Source of the DNA: Sphyrna mokarran
Lineage: Eukaryota
DNA: 64,000 nt
NCBI GenBank assembly: GCA_024679065.1
Contig: JAGIQG010000016.1
Span: 12,834,001 to 12,898,000 of the forward strand
Reading direction: 5' to 3'
The notes beneath the pieces are model-generated. The model searched no databases. It had not been told where the DNA came from and saw only the letters and a program-made list of their open reading frames with translations. Every line of letters begins with the position of its first letter. The stretch's first letter is position 1. Of the stretch, positions 38,640 through 51,779 are shown in pieces. The translations under genes and the position numbers were made by a program.

Positions 38640-41060
38640 CAGAAATAAAGATATAATATTAGTCGTCACGCAATTCATTACTTATTCACTGGGGTTCCCG
38701 CTACAGCAGTCGCTCGGGTGGCGAGCAATCTGTTGGATGTGCCCGGGACGGCTTTTCGATGTTGTATGCTGCCATTCCAACCAAGGAAGGGGCCAAACTA
38801 TACTTGATGTTTTTTGGAATGATCTGGGCTAGGATCTTTCAGTGGCGGAGCATAATGAAATAAACGTCCATTGTTCGATAAGATTTTATGTAGCTTTCTG
38901 TATGGAGTGGCCCTGTGGTGAGTGTGACTAATTCTTTGTGAGCTTAATACATCCATATTGGGCAGGAACTGGCGGATATAGACTGATAGCGTATATTTCA
39001 TGGCAAACCCACACCTAGTGTCTGAGGGGGCCGTTAAAGTTTACATGAGTGAAGTATAGGGCATGCATATCCTGTGAAAATGAAGGATGGAAATGGCCGT
39101 ACTGGAGAAGAGCGGATGACAAGGAAATTTGTAAACATTATCAAAAGGGGGAGAACATAAAGAAACTAAGGTCTAAAAAATAAAACTGGCAAGACGCATG
39201 AGGAGTATAGCGAAAGTGGAAGAAAATTAATCGTAGAATTATGAGGGCTCAAATAGACAAACAAATGTATTTTGCAATCAAGGTCAAGGAGAAACCCAAT
39301 GACTTGAATGCTAATAACATAAGCAAACTCGACAACATGAGTATAAGTAGCTCAATCAAGAATGTGGAAAGAAATGTTGTCTGGAGCCACAAGAAGTGGC
39401 TAAAATCTTATTGCATTGGCATTCAATAAATTCAAGGATATGGCACTTGTTGCGGTAAGAAAATGATGTGTGCATGCTTTAGAAAATGACAATGTATAGA
39501 GTTGCTATGTATCCTGGTTACTACAGGAGGCAATGGAATAAACATATTGGGTCTTGACAGATATCTCTCATTCTCTTTGACCATAGTTGTGTTTCCAGAG
39601 GACTAGAACATTCACAATTGTGTTCCCTTGTTTAAGATGAGAAGCGATGATAATCCAGGAATTATAGGACGATGGTCCTCAGTTCTGTCTTGGCAATTTT
39701 ATATATATAGAGAGGGACGAGATGTGTACACGTTTGGAAGAAAACGGCCTATAGACACGCAGAATGGATTTTAACAGGGAATGTCATGTCTCGCTGACTT
39801 TATTGAGGTTTTTGTTTGAAGAAGTGGGAAATATAATTCATGATGGACGTGCTATGGATGCATTTTATCTAGATTTCTATACGATATTTGACAAGGTCCC
39901 GCTTGGCAGATAGTTGGAAACACTATAAGTTCATGGAATTAGTTGGGACATTGGATGGGAATGATGTGCGGCCTGGTAGATGGATATGGAGCTGTCTTAG
40001 TTAGAAAAAAAAACAGGTAGCAACTTTAGATTTGTTTTTTTTTTATGAATTGATGTCTGCGATTTGTGCTGTTCAAAAGTGGTCAGCGTTGAACACTCTA
40101 TTGTTTGTGATATGTAAATAAATGATATGCAGGAACAATTGGGTATTCTTTTTCGTAAGATTGCTGATGACACTACAATTGATTGAATTGTCCATAGTCC
40201 AGGGATTGTCAGAAAATAAAATAGGATAGAGATACATTCTAGATTTGGGGACGGGAACAACATTTTTTTTTTAATCCGACAAATGTATGGTGATGCATTT
40301 TGGAAGATGAAATTTAGGTGTGAATTGTACTGGAAAGGCCAAAACACTTTGGAACGTGATCATACAGTGTGAATTAGATGTGACGGTCAACAGTTCCCTG
40401 AACGTGGCAACACAGGTAGCAAAGATGATTACATTACAAATGGCATGCTCACATTCATCAGCCATGGCATTGAGTACATGGTAGGCAAAACATGTTGAGG
40501 TTATAAAAAACGGTTAGGCCGCATATGGATTATCGGGTGCAGATTTGCTCTTCACACAAGCAAAAACACGAGGGAATTTTGGCGAGGGTGCAAACGGATG
40601 TAGTCTGGCAACGAGGACATCGGCAATGAGGAGTGATTGAGAAAATTAGTTTGTTTTGCGAGGAAAGGTGGAGAATGAAGAGAGATCTAGCAGAAATTTG
40701 TACAATTATGAAAGGTGCAGACCGATAGGATAGATAAAGTTTTTTTTTCCCCCTTTGGAAGTTAAGTGCAAATAGAAGGGAACACATGCTCCAAATAAGT
40801 GATGAGATGTTCAGGGATTGTTTTTTCCTTCTTGCAGAAACTGTTGGGTGCATGGAACGCATTCTGAGAGTAGGTGGAAGGTCAGCCACATTGACAGCAG
40901 TTACGTGACATTTAGAAACGTACACGAATAGGGACGAAAGGTCAGAATATGGGTAGAGTAAGGGCAAATGTGTTTTGGTTTAGTTAGTACATCATGAATT
41001 GCCGCAGGTTTGGAATACCAAAGGGCCGAATCTTATGTTGTATTGGTCTTTGTTCTTTGT
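38640..41060 (+). mobile_element. Highly decayed long CR1 LINE
   Basis: Collinear ORF2 remnants (ccagaggactaga, taatccaggaattatagg, tttgacaaggtccc, ttgctgatgacac) through to the 3' end. Confidence 0.8.
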
Positions 41061-44000
41061 GCTTTGTAAACTGGAAGGAATACGATTTCAAAGCATTTTC
41101 CATGCATACGCTTTAATATTGCAACGATTAAATCAATTTACAATGAATATGACCACGAGAGAAGAAGAACTGAAAAAATAGTATGGAATGGAAAAACGTA
41201 AAGTAGCAGTGAATATCCATATCTTCGACATGTATGTAATGTTTTGAATATTGGTGAAGGGTGGATTTATACCCAATTAGGACATAGAGCTTACTTGCTC
41301 GTCGCAGTAGGTGACATACCTTAGACATTAGACGAAATACGCTCTCTCTCTCTCTCCCTCTCTCTATCGCTCTCTCTCTAATATATACAATATATAGATT
41401 GACTGATGCAGAAACAGCAGTCGGTTTAAATGTTAAGCTTAACATCGATACGGATAAAGGATTTCATCGGTTTCTGATATTAAATGTCAAGACAGATCAT
41501 GTCGGGGTAACGTGCAGTCAATTATTCAAAACGTTGGCACGTAATTGCAGGGATTTTGATTCTATATCGAAGATTAATGTTAAAGTTGTTTTTTAATTGA
41601 TCATAAATAAGGCTTACATTAATACTGAAATGAAGTTATTGTGAAATTTCCCTAGCCGCCACACTGTGGCACCTGTTCGTATTAATGCACTTTACCAGCA
41701 CGTCTTTCAGTGTGTTGGAAGAAACCGGAGCAACGGGAGGAAATACCTTATTTTCATTCTTTCTTCGAGAAACTGATAATTTCAGGAAGTGGATAATTAT
41801 GACTATTATTCAAATGAACTATAAACCAGCAACAATTTGTAAGTTAATTCAATAATGTTGATTTAAAATCAAACTGATAAAAATAAAGTTGTTGGCGGAA
41901 AAGCAACTTAAGTAGCAATAATGAATAGACCGTGCATTCTGACTCGCACTTAGGGATATTCCCGGATTTGCAAAAAAAAATGATTGCAGTTATTCAGAAA
42001 AAGAAAACGGCAAGCTACTTTAAGCATAAACCCTTGATCGTGCACCAAACGGAAGGTCCTTTACAAATAGGTGATTTATTCCTCGAGTCACTCAATGCCA
42101 GTCCAGCTTGAACAGCGGCATTTTAAACTGCAGCTGAATGTTTTTTTTTGTTATGAGTCCCTCATATCACTCAGTGAGAAAGCTTCCACTGCATGAACCC
42201 CACAGGGAGATAAAACAATTCGTTCCCGTGGACGGTATGGCCATCATCAGATCCTTGTCCCATTATATCCGTGAATCTCTCAGCAAATGGAATATTCAGC
42301 AGCTTAGAAATTAGCCTTTGGCCAGTTGAACGCAGGAATGGATCAAGCCAAAGAAGAGACAATCTTTTCTGGAGCACGTGTCGCATGTTTGCCGATGTTG
42401 TTTCCTCACCCGATGTTATTTCAGCTGGAAACCCAGTTTGTCAGCAACATTTTCTGTGTAAGTAAATTCACAAAGTGAAGGGGCTTACACAGAATTAAAT
42501 TAGAGCTAATGACTGACACTAGCAGCTGTCATTATCATAGCTTATCATGTGGGCTGTTCTGTCATGATTTCCTCTCTCTGTAATGCGACAAATGGTTATA
42601 CAAGCTTTAATTTGATCGTGGAAAGCACTGGTCCCTCGATTGCCACCTCAGGGACTAAACTGGGAATGAATCCAGGGTTTCTCAAATTGGAGCTAACACC
42701 GTTGGCGAAATTCATTTCTGTACTTGTAGGATCATGTTTTTCTTTTAACTTTTCTTTATGTCAAGCGTGCAGTTTGCAGACTTAATCTTGTACAATACCG
42801 TCGTCCCTTCACCGGTCTAAAGGTGTAAAATCCGCTACTGCACGCAGTGTCCTTCCATAATCGAACAGAAATCATGCCAAGTTGGTCACCATGGGTGCCA
42901 CCAGTTTTTCGTCATGCGATTTTTAAAGGTTGAACGTTCCTGCCTGTAACGATAACGGTGGGGGCTAAAGTGCAGTTGGAACGTGCTTCAGGTCAATGAC
43001 GAACACGGAATTCTGAAAATTGCCGCTAGTAATTCCAGTGTCATAAGCATACACATCTACTTCCACATGTCAGTGTTCACTCAAGCTTCAGTCTAATTTC
43101 TGGAGCATAGCCTGATTCATTGTGGACGACAAGATCGGCTCCGCCAATCGCTTCATGTGTGTTAAAAAAACAATTGCATATCTTTAAGTTCGTCCTTACC
43201 CACAGTTATCCATGGCCTGTCATACAAATCTTCTCTGTTTGGGAGGATAAAAGTGGAATGTTTTGAATCATCACTTCATTGTGCCAGTGATACCGCAGAT
43301 AAAACCGAACTGCCATCCGTAACTATTATGCAGCGTCTTCATAATTGATACAATTGGTCCCCTTTAAGTAGGTTTGTTTAGGTTGCACGTCGTCCTGATG
43401 GAACAATCACTCGGAGTATAGGACGATTCGGCATTCGTAATGTTGTTGGTTTTCAATTGTTCAGAATGCGAAAAAAGTCGTGAAGGATGGTGTGCCTTAT
43501 CTTAGATAATGTTCTATATTATTAATTCCAGGGCTCAAAACACCATCCTCATAATGCCGATGCTTGCAATAATTTTAGAGTAATCAGAACCTATTAAATG
43601 CTGGCAAATAAGTCATGGTTAAATGCAAAAGAAATGGTGCAATGTGTCAGCATTGACCACCATAAGTGTGCAAGACATTGATCTGAAATGTTTTTTTTGA
43701 ATAAAAAATGCAAGTTTCAGCATTATATCTGTATGTGGGAGATAATGGGTATCCATTTGTTCTATTTGCAAAGTCCGGTTAAGTGTTGATGTTGGGTTAC
43801 AAAAATCAATGCCAATTTAGGACAATTTGACAGGTTTTATCCGACTCCAATGTTAAACGTATCTTTCCACGTAATATTGTGTAATCCAAAACAAAGAAAA
43901 AGTCGATTCAAAATCGATTAAATGAACTGCGATTGATCTACCACTTTCGATAACAAACCCATTCATATAATCCTTACAACATTTTAAAACTAATACTTCA

Positions 44001-46264
44001 ACATTGGCATTTAACTGAAACTTTCCCTGTTTATCTGAAACATTCCCTTATTTCACTGCAAACGATACTATCAGCTTCAGAACAAAATGTCTAAGCCCAC
44101 TCCCTTGTAGATGCGTTCTGTTTTTTTTTCTTGGTTCGAACATCCAACAGGGTAGATTGGAGAGCTTTGTCTCTGGTCGTCGCAGAAGACAAAAGGCTGA
44201 AGCAACAACAAAAATCCCCCAAACTGTCCCAATTTCATAATGTGATATCTCTCAAGGTATTCCGTTGTGATTTCCGCCAAGGCTCAGACTCGTTGATGGC
44301 TCATGATTTCGTAAGATCTGTACTGTTTAAAGTTTTATCATGCTGAAGCTAATGGTCCGCCATTCTGTTAACCATTGCACATCTTGATTTTTTTTTGCTG
44401 TGCCTACTTAAGTGTTGTTAATATGGACGAAGTAATGCATGAGCTGTGTATATTTGGCTCAATAGTAAATGCTACAGTCTTAGTATTCGATTTAACTGAA
44501 TGTTCGTGGAATTCCTTTCTGTTACCAGAGACGTTTCTAGGGGTTGTACTTAGAGACAGATGGATAAACAAATTTCCCTGGTCCCCAAGTGGCAAATCAG
44601 TGAAAAGTCCGATATTTGTCACCAAAAATCACTTTACACCATAAGGCAGGAAGGATCCTCGAGCTTGCGTAAGGATATGATATACATGCGGACGCCCATC
44701 AGTCTTTGTTGCACACCTCCACTGAACAATTCTCATGAAACAAACTTCTGATTACTCAATTCGGAAGCTGGGACTTCATAAAATCCACGAGATTGAGATA
44801 TTGATGATGCCGCTTGGTCTTCTTGGCAACCAGAACATATATAAAACAGCATTAATGAGAGTTATTTTTCCTACGTGATGTAATTAGTTATTCAAACATT
44901 GTTTGATATTATACCCTGCGGAAGAACTGTGAACTAAATGAAACACAACGGAAGGAAAGGAATAACGATGTATTAAATACAGTCTTCTTCTGACTGAACA
45001 GAAATTACCCAAGAACAGATGTAACATTTCGGTGGGATGTCAGAATTCCTAAGTATATGTACGCAGAATTATTAAGTAAATGTCTGATACTGGGGACATT
45101 TTTCTTTCGTCCCATAGGCTATTCTCCGTAATGTTGCGCAGTTTACTCGTCCGACGTGCAAATATGACGGGAAACATTAAATGTGTTGAACTTCAGGAAG
45201 TTGCCTTCGAAAATCAAAACATAAATTGAGGATGGATTTGAAGGGAAGTTAACAAATTATGTTCAATGCAAATATGAATGAAGTGATTTCCTTTGAAACG
45301 AATAGGGTGCACGGTGAACATAAATTATATATACGATTCTGAAATGCCTAGGCGCAGGATAACATTGTTTTTTTTACTTGCGCGTTAGATTCATAGTCTA
45401 AAACCTAGCTAACATGTTTTTTCTTTGTATCTGAGGCAATGTAAGCAAAGAGGAGATAACATTGATATCGTAGATAACATATTTTCGTCAATGTAGTATT
45501 TGGCGCAATGATGAGTGCAAAAATGTGGGAAGTTAGGACGTTAATCGAAAAGTTGGAGAATAAAAGAAAATTCTAACACGTTCCATGTTTCTGGTTCAGA
45601 TTGCATTCTCACTATAATTCATGAAGCAAAGGAAAGCATGCAATGTTTAATTTTTACCTGCTGTCGAATCTTCTAAGCTGTAGCTTCGACTTGTTGCTGC
45701 GTATCAGCAGACAGTGAAACTCTCTGAGTGAAACAAAGTGAGAAGTGGTTTTGAAAAAAAAACATTGACAGGATATTGACAATTACGGCAATTACTAAGA
45801 TATATAAGTTTACGAGTCAAGGAGATTGTTTTCGCCAGAATTTTCAAAACAGATGCTTGTTTCAAAGAAAACGTGAGGGGGCATCACATAGATATGATGC
45901 TACGTATTTAGCAGCCAGCTGTTGTGTAAAATAATCACTTTAGAGAATAGTTCAGTTTCAATGTATGGGGTAGGAAAGCTAGCTTTCCAAAACAAAAATG
46001 CTTGTCACTTTCCACAAATAATTCCTCGATGTTTTTTAATATATATATCAACAGTTGCAAAGATTTTACCACAGTTCCTCCATGGTTATGTCTATATTCT
46101 GGAGAAATATTGTCAAGTACTATATTTTTTCTGTTGTCAATTGAATACGTTAAATACAATCTGAAGTGAGTGTGCTACACACGCGTATGTGATATATAAA
46201 TCGACAAAAGAAAGAAATTGGAATTGGGTTGCAGTTTCTAACCATTTATTTTCTTGTTTTACAG

Positions 46265-46300
46265 ACCTGGAATATTGCAGACAGAGACTAGAAGACCTTG
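46265..46300 (+). CDS. Candidate 36-nt phase-1 exon (DLEYCRQRLEDL), coiled-coil-like
   Basis: tttattttcttgttttacAG|ACCTGG...GACCTTG|GTgcga; strong acceptor, weak donor. Confidence 0.3.
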
Positions 46301-46461
46301 GTGCGAAATACACATTGTTCTTAATAATTTCACACATTTGAGTGTCATATGTCAACATCGATTTATTTTCTCAATATCTTAATTGCATATGGATGCTGCA
46401 ACGTTCTTCTGTTCTCTATAAATGCACATGATAAATATACGAGTCAGAAAACTTAGCTTAC

Positions 46462-46599
46462 CACGTATTTCTCTGCATAGAGCAATGGGAGCACTTGATG
46501 ATGTGAGTTTAATCAAAACGTTGCAAATCTCACGGGGAAACCATTTGAAGGGCACACAGTTATAGGTGAGGAGTTGTGAACAAGGTAATTTTCGAAATT
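46462..46599 (-). CDS. Candidate 138-nt phase-1 Cys-rich exon, product unknown
   Basis: cctttttcattttgttcAG|AATTTCG...ATACGTG|GTaagc; only one frame is open: EFRKLPCSQLLTYNCVPFKWFPREICNVLIKLTSSSAPIALCREIR. Confidence 0.3.
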
Positions 46600-48849
46600 C
46601 TGAACAAAATGAAAAAGGTAACTTCAATTGGAAATAGAGAGAAATAATTATACTTCCACGAAACAAAAAAAGAGAAAGATAACAATGATGGTGGTGATTC
46701 AAATTATTCGTTTTTGGTAACTTACAGAGAAATTATTTCCATGCCCTGGACAATATCGATGTGTGAATATAGTTGTGGGCCTAACCTCTTTACTGCTTCA
46801 TAGTATAGAGCGGCGTTCTATATGAGATTATATGTTCAGCTGGGCCAGGAATAACCAACAGTTTACTCATTTTTTCGTCCAACATGTCCTAAAATTTGCT
46901 CGGATCGTTGAATATAGTCTGTGGCTATTCAGTTTTAATCTCTTTTGAAATACTAATGCCTGTTACATTGTTCAGATTGAGTTCAAGTGAAAGTAGAGGC
47001 GAAATGAATTTATGCTGATGTATCTTTTTGCTTTCGTTTTTAATTTAGCCAAAGGTAGTTAACGTGCCCTCAAAACATTTGTGTATTTTCAAAACTGCTG
47101 TGTACATCTCAGCAGAAAAAAAAACATTTGAGAGAAGGCAAATATACTTACAGGCTCATATGAATTATTGTTTGATCTGCAAAGGGAGATTTATTGTAAA
47201 TGAAAAGATGTTAAAGATCACTTGGCCTTGTCTCCTTTCCTTATTCTGTCCATTCTGTGAATTTTCTCCCCTCGAATAGTCGGTGGAAATTCAATCTGTT
47301 AGCTGCTACTGGATCTCCATCAGCAGAAAGGCTTCTGTTTTACCACAAGAAGCACAACTGAAAACATATACCTGGTTATCTGAGTGCACGAACACGCACA
47401 AGCACACAAACACATACAACAGATTAGTGCACAAACACAAAACTGCGCACACACACACACACACACTTTTATTTTTCCTCAGAATGCCATTTTACGAGTT
47501 ATTATCGCAATTAAGATATATTACTCTTCTATGTCGACGTCAATGGGCATGATTTTAGTAAACTGACGGGATGTTTGTAAATAATTTGAAAACAAAAAGT
47601 CATTGTTCTATCCAGAAAGAATTAGGAGTTCAGAACTCATTGCCTGGAAGGATCTCTCGAAATCTACAAGACGTTTCTTTTGCTGATCCCCGACCCAGTT
47701 ACTATGCAGCAAATGAAAATGATTTCTTCTCCGACATTACCTTTTGAAAGTTAACATCAAAAGTGAACCGAAAAGTCCCACAAAGTTCTATATTTAATGA
47801 GAAAAAAAATCCTGTGTCGAACTGAGTGAAACTAAAAACACTGGAATCAATGATCGTCTCAGCGAATATCTTCCGTCTTGTCATTGGACTCCCAATAATT
47901 TTAACATGTGGCTTATCAATTGGTATGCACATAATTGTTTCTGATAACTTAAGCGCTTTAAGTATAAGATGTATTACACTTGCACGTTGCTTTTCGAGTT
48001 TTTTTTTCAGGAAGAGAGTTGCATTTCAGTATCCATTTAAAAACAAAATGGCAGTATCTTATATTAGTATGAGAATATCCTCTGATATCGCAGATTCTTT
48101 GGTCCGATATGGGCAGACAGTTTCCTCCATTTATGTGAATACATTTTTATATATTAGGAACAATGTTGAGGGTTTAGCATTATTGGTATTAATACCTTTT
48201 TTCCTTCGGATGTCTTCAGTGTGTATGAACAACAGTTTTGTCTTCGACAGCCGGAGTACGATGTGCATAATTTTGTATGACTACTGTGGTACTCATTTCT
48301 GCATATATCTACGGATGCATTCTCCTACTGGTTTTCTATTAGTTTTGTGGCAAGTAACTTCATTGAAATATGAAAACATACATGTGAACTGTACACGGCA
48401 GCAGCATTTCCACCTTTCAATAGAGAATGTTGACTCAACGTCAGCCTGAAACTTCGTCAACAGGATTTGGAGCCCAATGCAAAAAAAAAATTACGCTACT
48501 GCAAGCTTAATTATAATGACATGAATTCTTAAATCCTGAATTTGTGCATATTTATGCTTCGAATTGTCTACTTCGTGGCGCTGTGTTCCCCCATGTTATG
48601 GGTTCCTTTCTGAAAATCCCTCAATGAATCAAGCATTGTCCAATAGGTGTGACGATACATTTAATCACCATATCAAAATGGAATATGCTTTCGTTCAGGA
48701 GGGCAAATTTTTTTTAAAAGCCCTCATGTTGCTCTCCTAAAATATTTTGCATTTCAGGTAGACAAATGGCTTATATACATCATCAGTTTGTAGTTTGGCT
48801 ATTTGGCTAAGATTATTCTCTTTCAATTGTGGCAAAACAAGCTAGGATG

Positions 48850-50340
48850 TTACAAATATATCGACATTTTCAGTGTAGTAATAGATGAAAATACAGCTGA
48901 TGTGGACAGGAAGATGCAAAAAAGGTGCAAAATTAAATTGTGATAAATTCAAGAAGAAAGCACATTGAGAGGTAATCAGCAAACAATAAATGTTCATCAG
49001 GGTATGTGATTATCAAAAAAATAAGTCAGGTCCAGACAAGCGATACTCCAGATTGATGTGAGAGATGAAAATTCAGACACTCTGATCTCAGCTCCATTCT
49101 ATGGCTGGTCATGGGGGAGATACTGGAAGATTCGAAAATAGTGAGCATGTTTTCACTTATTATCAGTGCGTTGAATATATGAAAAAAATCCATACCAGTA
49201 AATCTCGGAATCAATGGTAGAGGATCTATCGTAGAGCAGTACGAACAATGGAATCAATATACATCTGAAAAAAGTTAAAGTTGATCAGTCATTGCTAGTC
49301 TGCCTTAGTAAGAGGAATGCAATGGCAAACACATCAGATTGAATTTGTCAAGGAGATTGATTGCCTGTGCTTCCAAATGTGATGCAGAAAATGTAAATAA
49401 TATGGGTATCAGTAAAGCCTTTCACACATTGCAACATGCAGGACTGATCAAAACGGTATAAGCAGATCAGATTGAAGGTGAAAGGAAAGTTGGATCAACA
49501 TGTATTTCAGTCATAGGAAAAAGGTGATAATAATAGAAGTCTACTTCTTCGACGCAGTCTAGTGTTTTGTGGTCTACACATTCATCCAGACCAGCTTTTA
49601 GGAAAATGTTTAAGGAAAATCGTTCAGGTAAGTGTCAGCTGGAATTTAATCCTGAATTTACGAGCTAATGGAATTTGTATCGAGTTACAAGAAAAAAAAA
49701 ACAGAGTAGTAAACAAATGGTATGACACTGAGGCACTCAGAATAACAGAATAGGAGTTTATGTGATTTTTGGAAAGACCATTAAAGGATGCTGCGTTTGT
49801 TCATCTGTTAGCTGAGACTGCAAATATATCACGTCCATTCATCAGCCGTGACATAGGTTATACAAAAAAGGGGTGTTAAGTTAGTTTTCTTGAAATCTGT
49901 TGTTCTGACAGAGCAGAGGTATTGAGTATAAAGTTTTTCACCTCAGTATAGTCGTCATTTGAATGCACGATGGAACGCAAATACAAGATTTAACTCAATG
50001 CTGACTGGGAGCGAAGCAGAGAGCCTTGTTCGGACCTGTTTGCTTTTAAGTTAACACAAAATGCTCAGTGATGCCGTGATTGCAGTGTGTAGGATATTCA
50101 ACACAAATAATAGAGCGAGGATAGCATATGTCTGTTTTCAGTTGAACAGAAAATGTTCTGGGCAGAATCTGGGGTTTCAGAGATCATAGCAGATAGCCAA
50201 TTATCTCCTGAAACTTCTACAGGAAAACGTGCCACAAATTACAAACACTCGCAGTTACGAAGCAACGTGATAGAATATATTATGATCAGTTATGATCACT
50301 TGAATAACAAATGTATCACAGGACGCACCTTATAGAAGAT
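48850..50340 (+). mobile_element. Very decayed CR1 LINE
   Basis: Faint collinear ORF2 remnants (ccagattgatg, ggaagattcgaaaatagtgagc, cagtaaagcctttcac). Confidence 0.5.
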
Positions 50341-51779
50341 TAATGAAATGTAATGTGTTGTGAGGCTGGTGACATGACTGTAGAACGGGAAGGTTTTTTC
50401 TTCGAAAATATTGTAAAAGTGTCTTTAATGGCAACATACAAACGAATCGTTTTCAATTCTGGAAAGATAGTTACGGAGTTGCAAAAGAAAACATGGAATG
50501 GCATTGAAAATTGTTTCACTGTGGGCAGAGAAATCATGATTCGATGGAGACCAAACAAAATGTAACTTTAAAATAATGATTACTTTTCTATATTATTGAA
50601 CACACCCTATTTACCAAATATTATTTTTCTTTTGTTTTCGCAACAACCATACGAGAAAATATTACATTACGAATACAACGTTGAGGGACGTTTGGTGATC
50701 TGTGAATATGCCTTATTGATTAGCATGGTTCTTTGTCTTTTTAAACGAGAAAAAAAACAGCAGCGAACAATGAAAATTGACTGCAGTTTATGAAGCAGAG
50801 ATATTGTTTCCTTCATTTGATTAACGCATTTGATTTATTTATTGATTGCAACTTGGGGCTGATATTAGTATTCATCTTTATCTGAAACTCAAGCATAAGA
50901 ACATCGTCCCAGCCTATAACGGACCACACTTTTTTTTCTCAATCTAAGTACGATTGAATACAGCAGAACTCTGTATTTTGGAGAGACAGAAGTCTGACCA
51001 AGGGATAAAAATCTCGTTGAGGAGAGACATGAACATATTTAAGCAAGCAACTGTTTCCGAAAGAGTACACTTATATTGAACGACCAAACTATTCTGTCAA
51101 TCAGTTTACCAGCAGAAGAGGATAAATACATTTCTTTTTAGGTGAATGTATCTGGAGTGCTGTCTTTTTTTTTTTCGCGCCAAACAGTGTTCAATGCTGC
51201 ACTGATTGTAATGACTGTGAATGCATTTTCAGAAAAGAACTCTCGAAATGAAAAAAAAACATACTTCATGATTTTCCTGACATATTGTGCCCCACAAAGC
51301 GATTTGTATTACATACACCGTTCAGTCTGGACTAGGCCCGTTAGAGACAATGTCTACCGATTTAATCACTCGTTTCCTGTAACCATGAAACAAAATGATA
51401 GCCGTGTGGACAGGCATTGTATTATTTTTTTGTTTGGTGGAAGTCAGTGGGCTCCGTTGGCAGTTCAATCTAAACTTCCAACCCTATCATCTTGAAAGGA
51501 AATGTCAGGCAAAGGGAACATTAGCTCCTGGAAGTTCGTCTCGAATTAGTTATTATTGGAAACGCTGTTGTTTCTTCACTGTCACTGGCTTGACGTGCAG
51601 CATTGGTCTCCCCACACACACAGTCAGTGAACATGTGAACATTATTCAAGAATGCTACTTTCAGAAGAGTACTTAGGAATTGTGTAGAATTTCGGCCACG
51701 CCAGAAATCCCGATCACAAGGGATAAAAATAATTATAATAACAATAGAAAATGTGTAATCGCCAAAAGCTTTTCATTGT

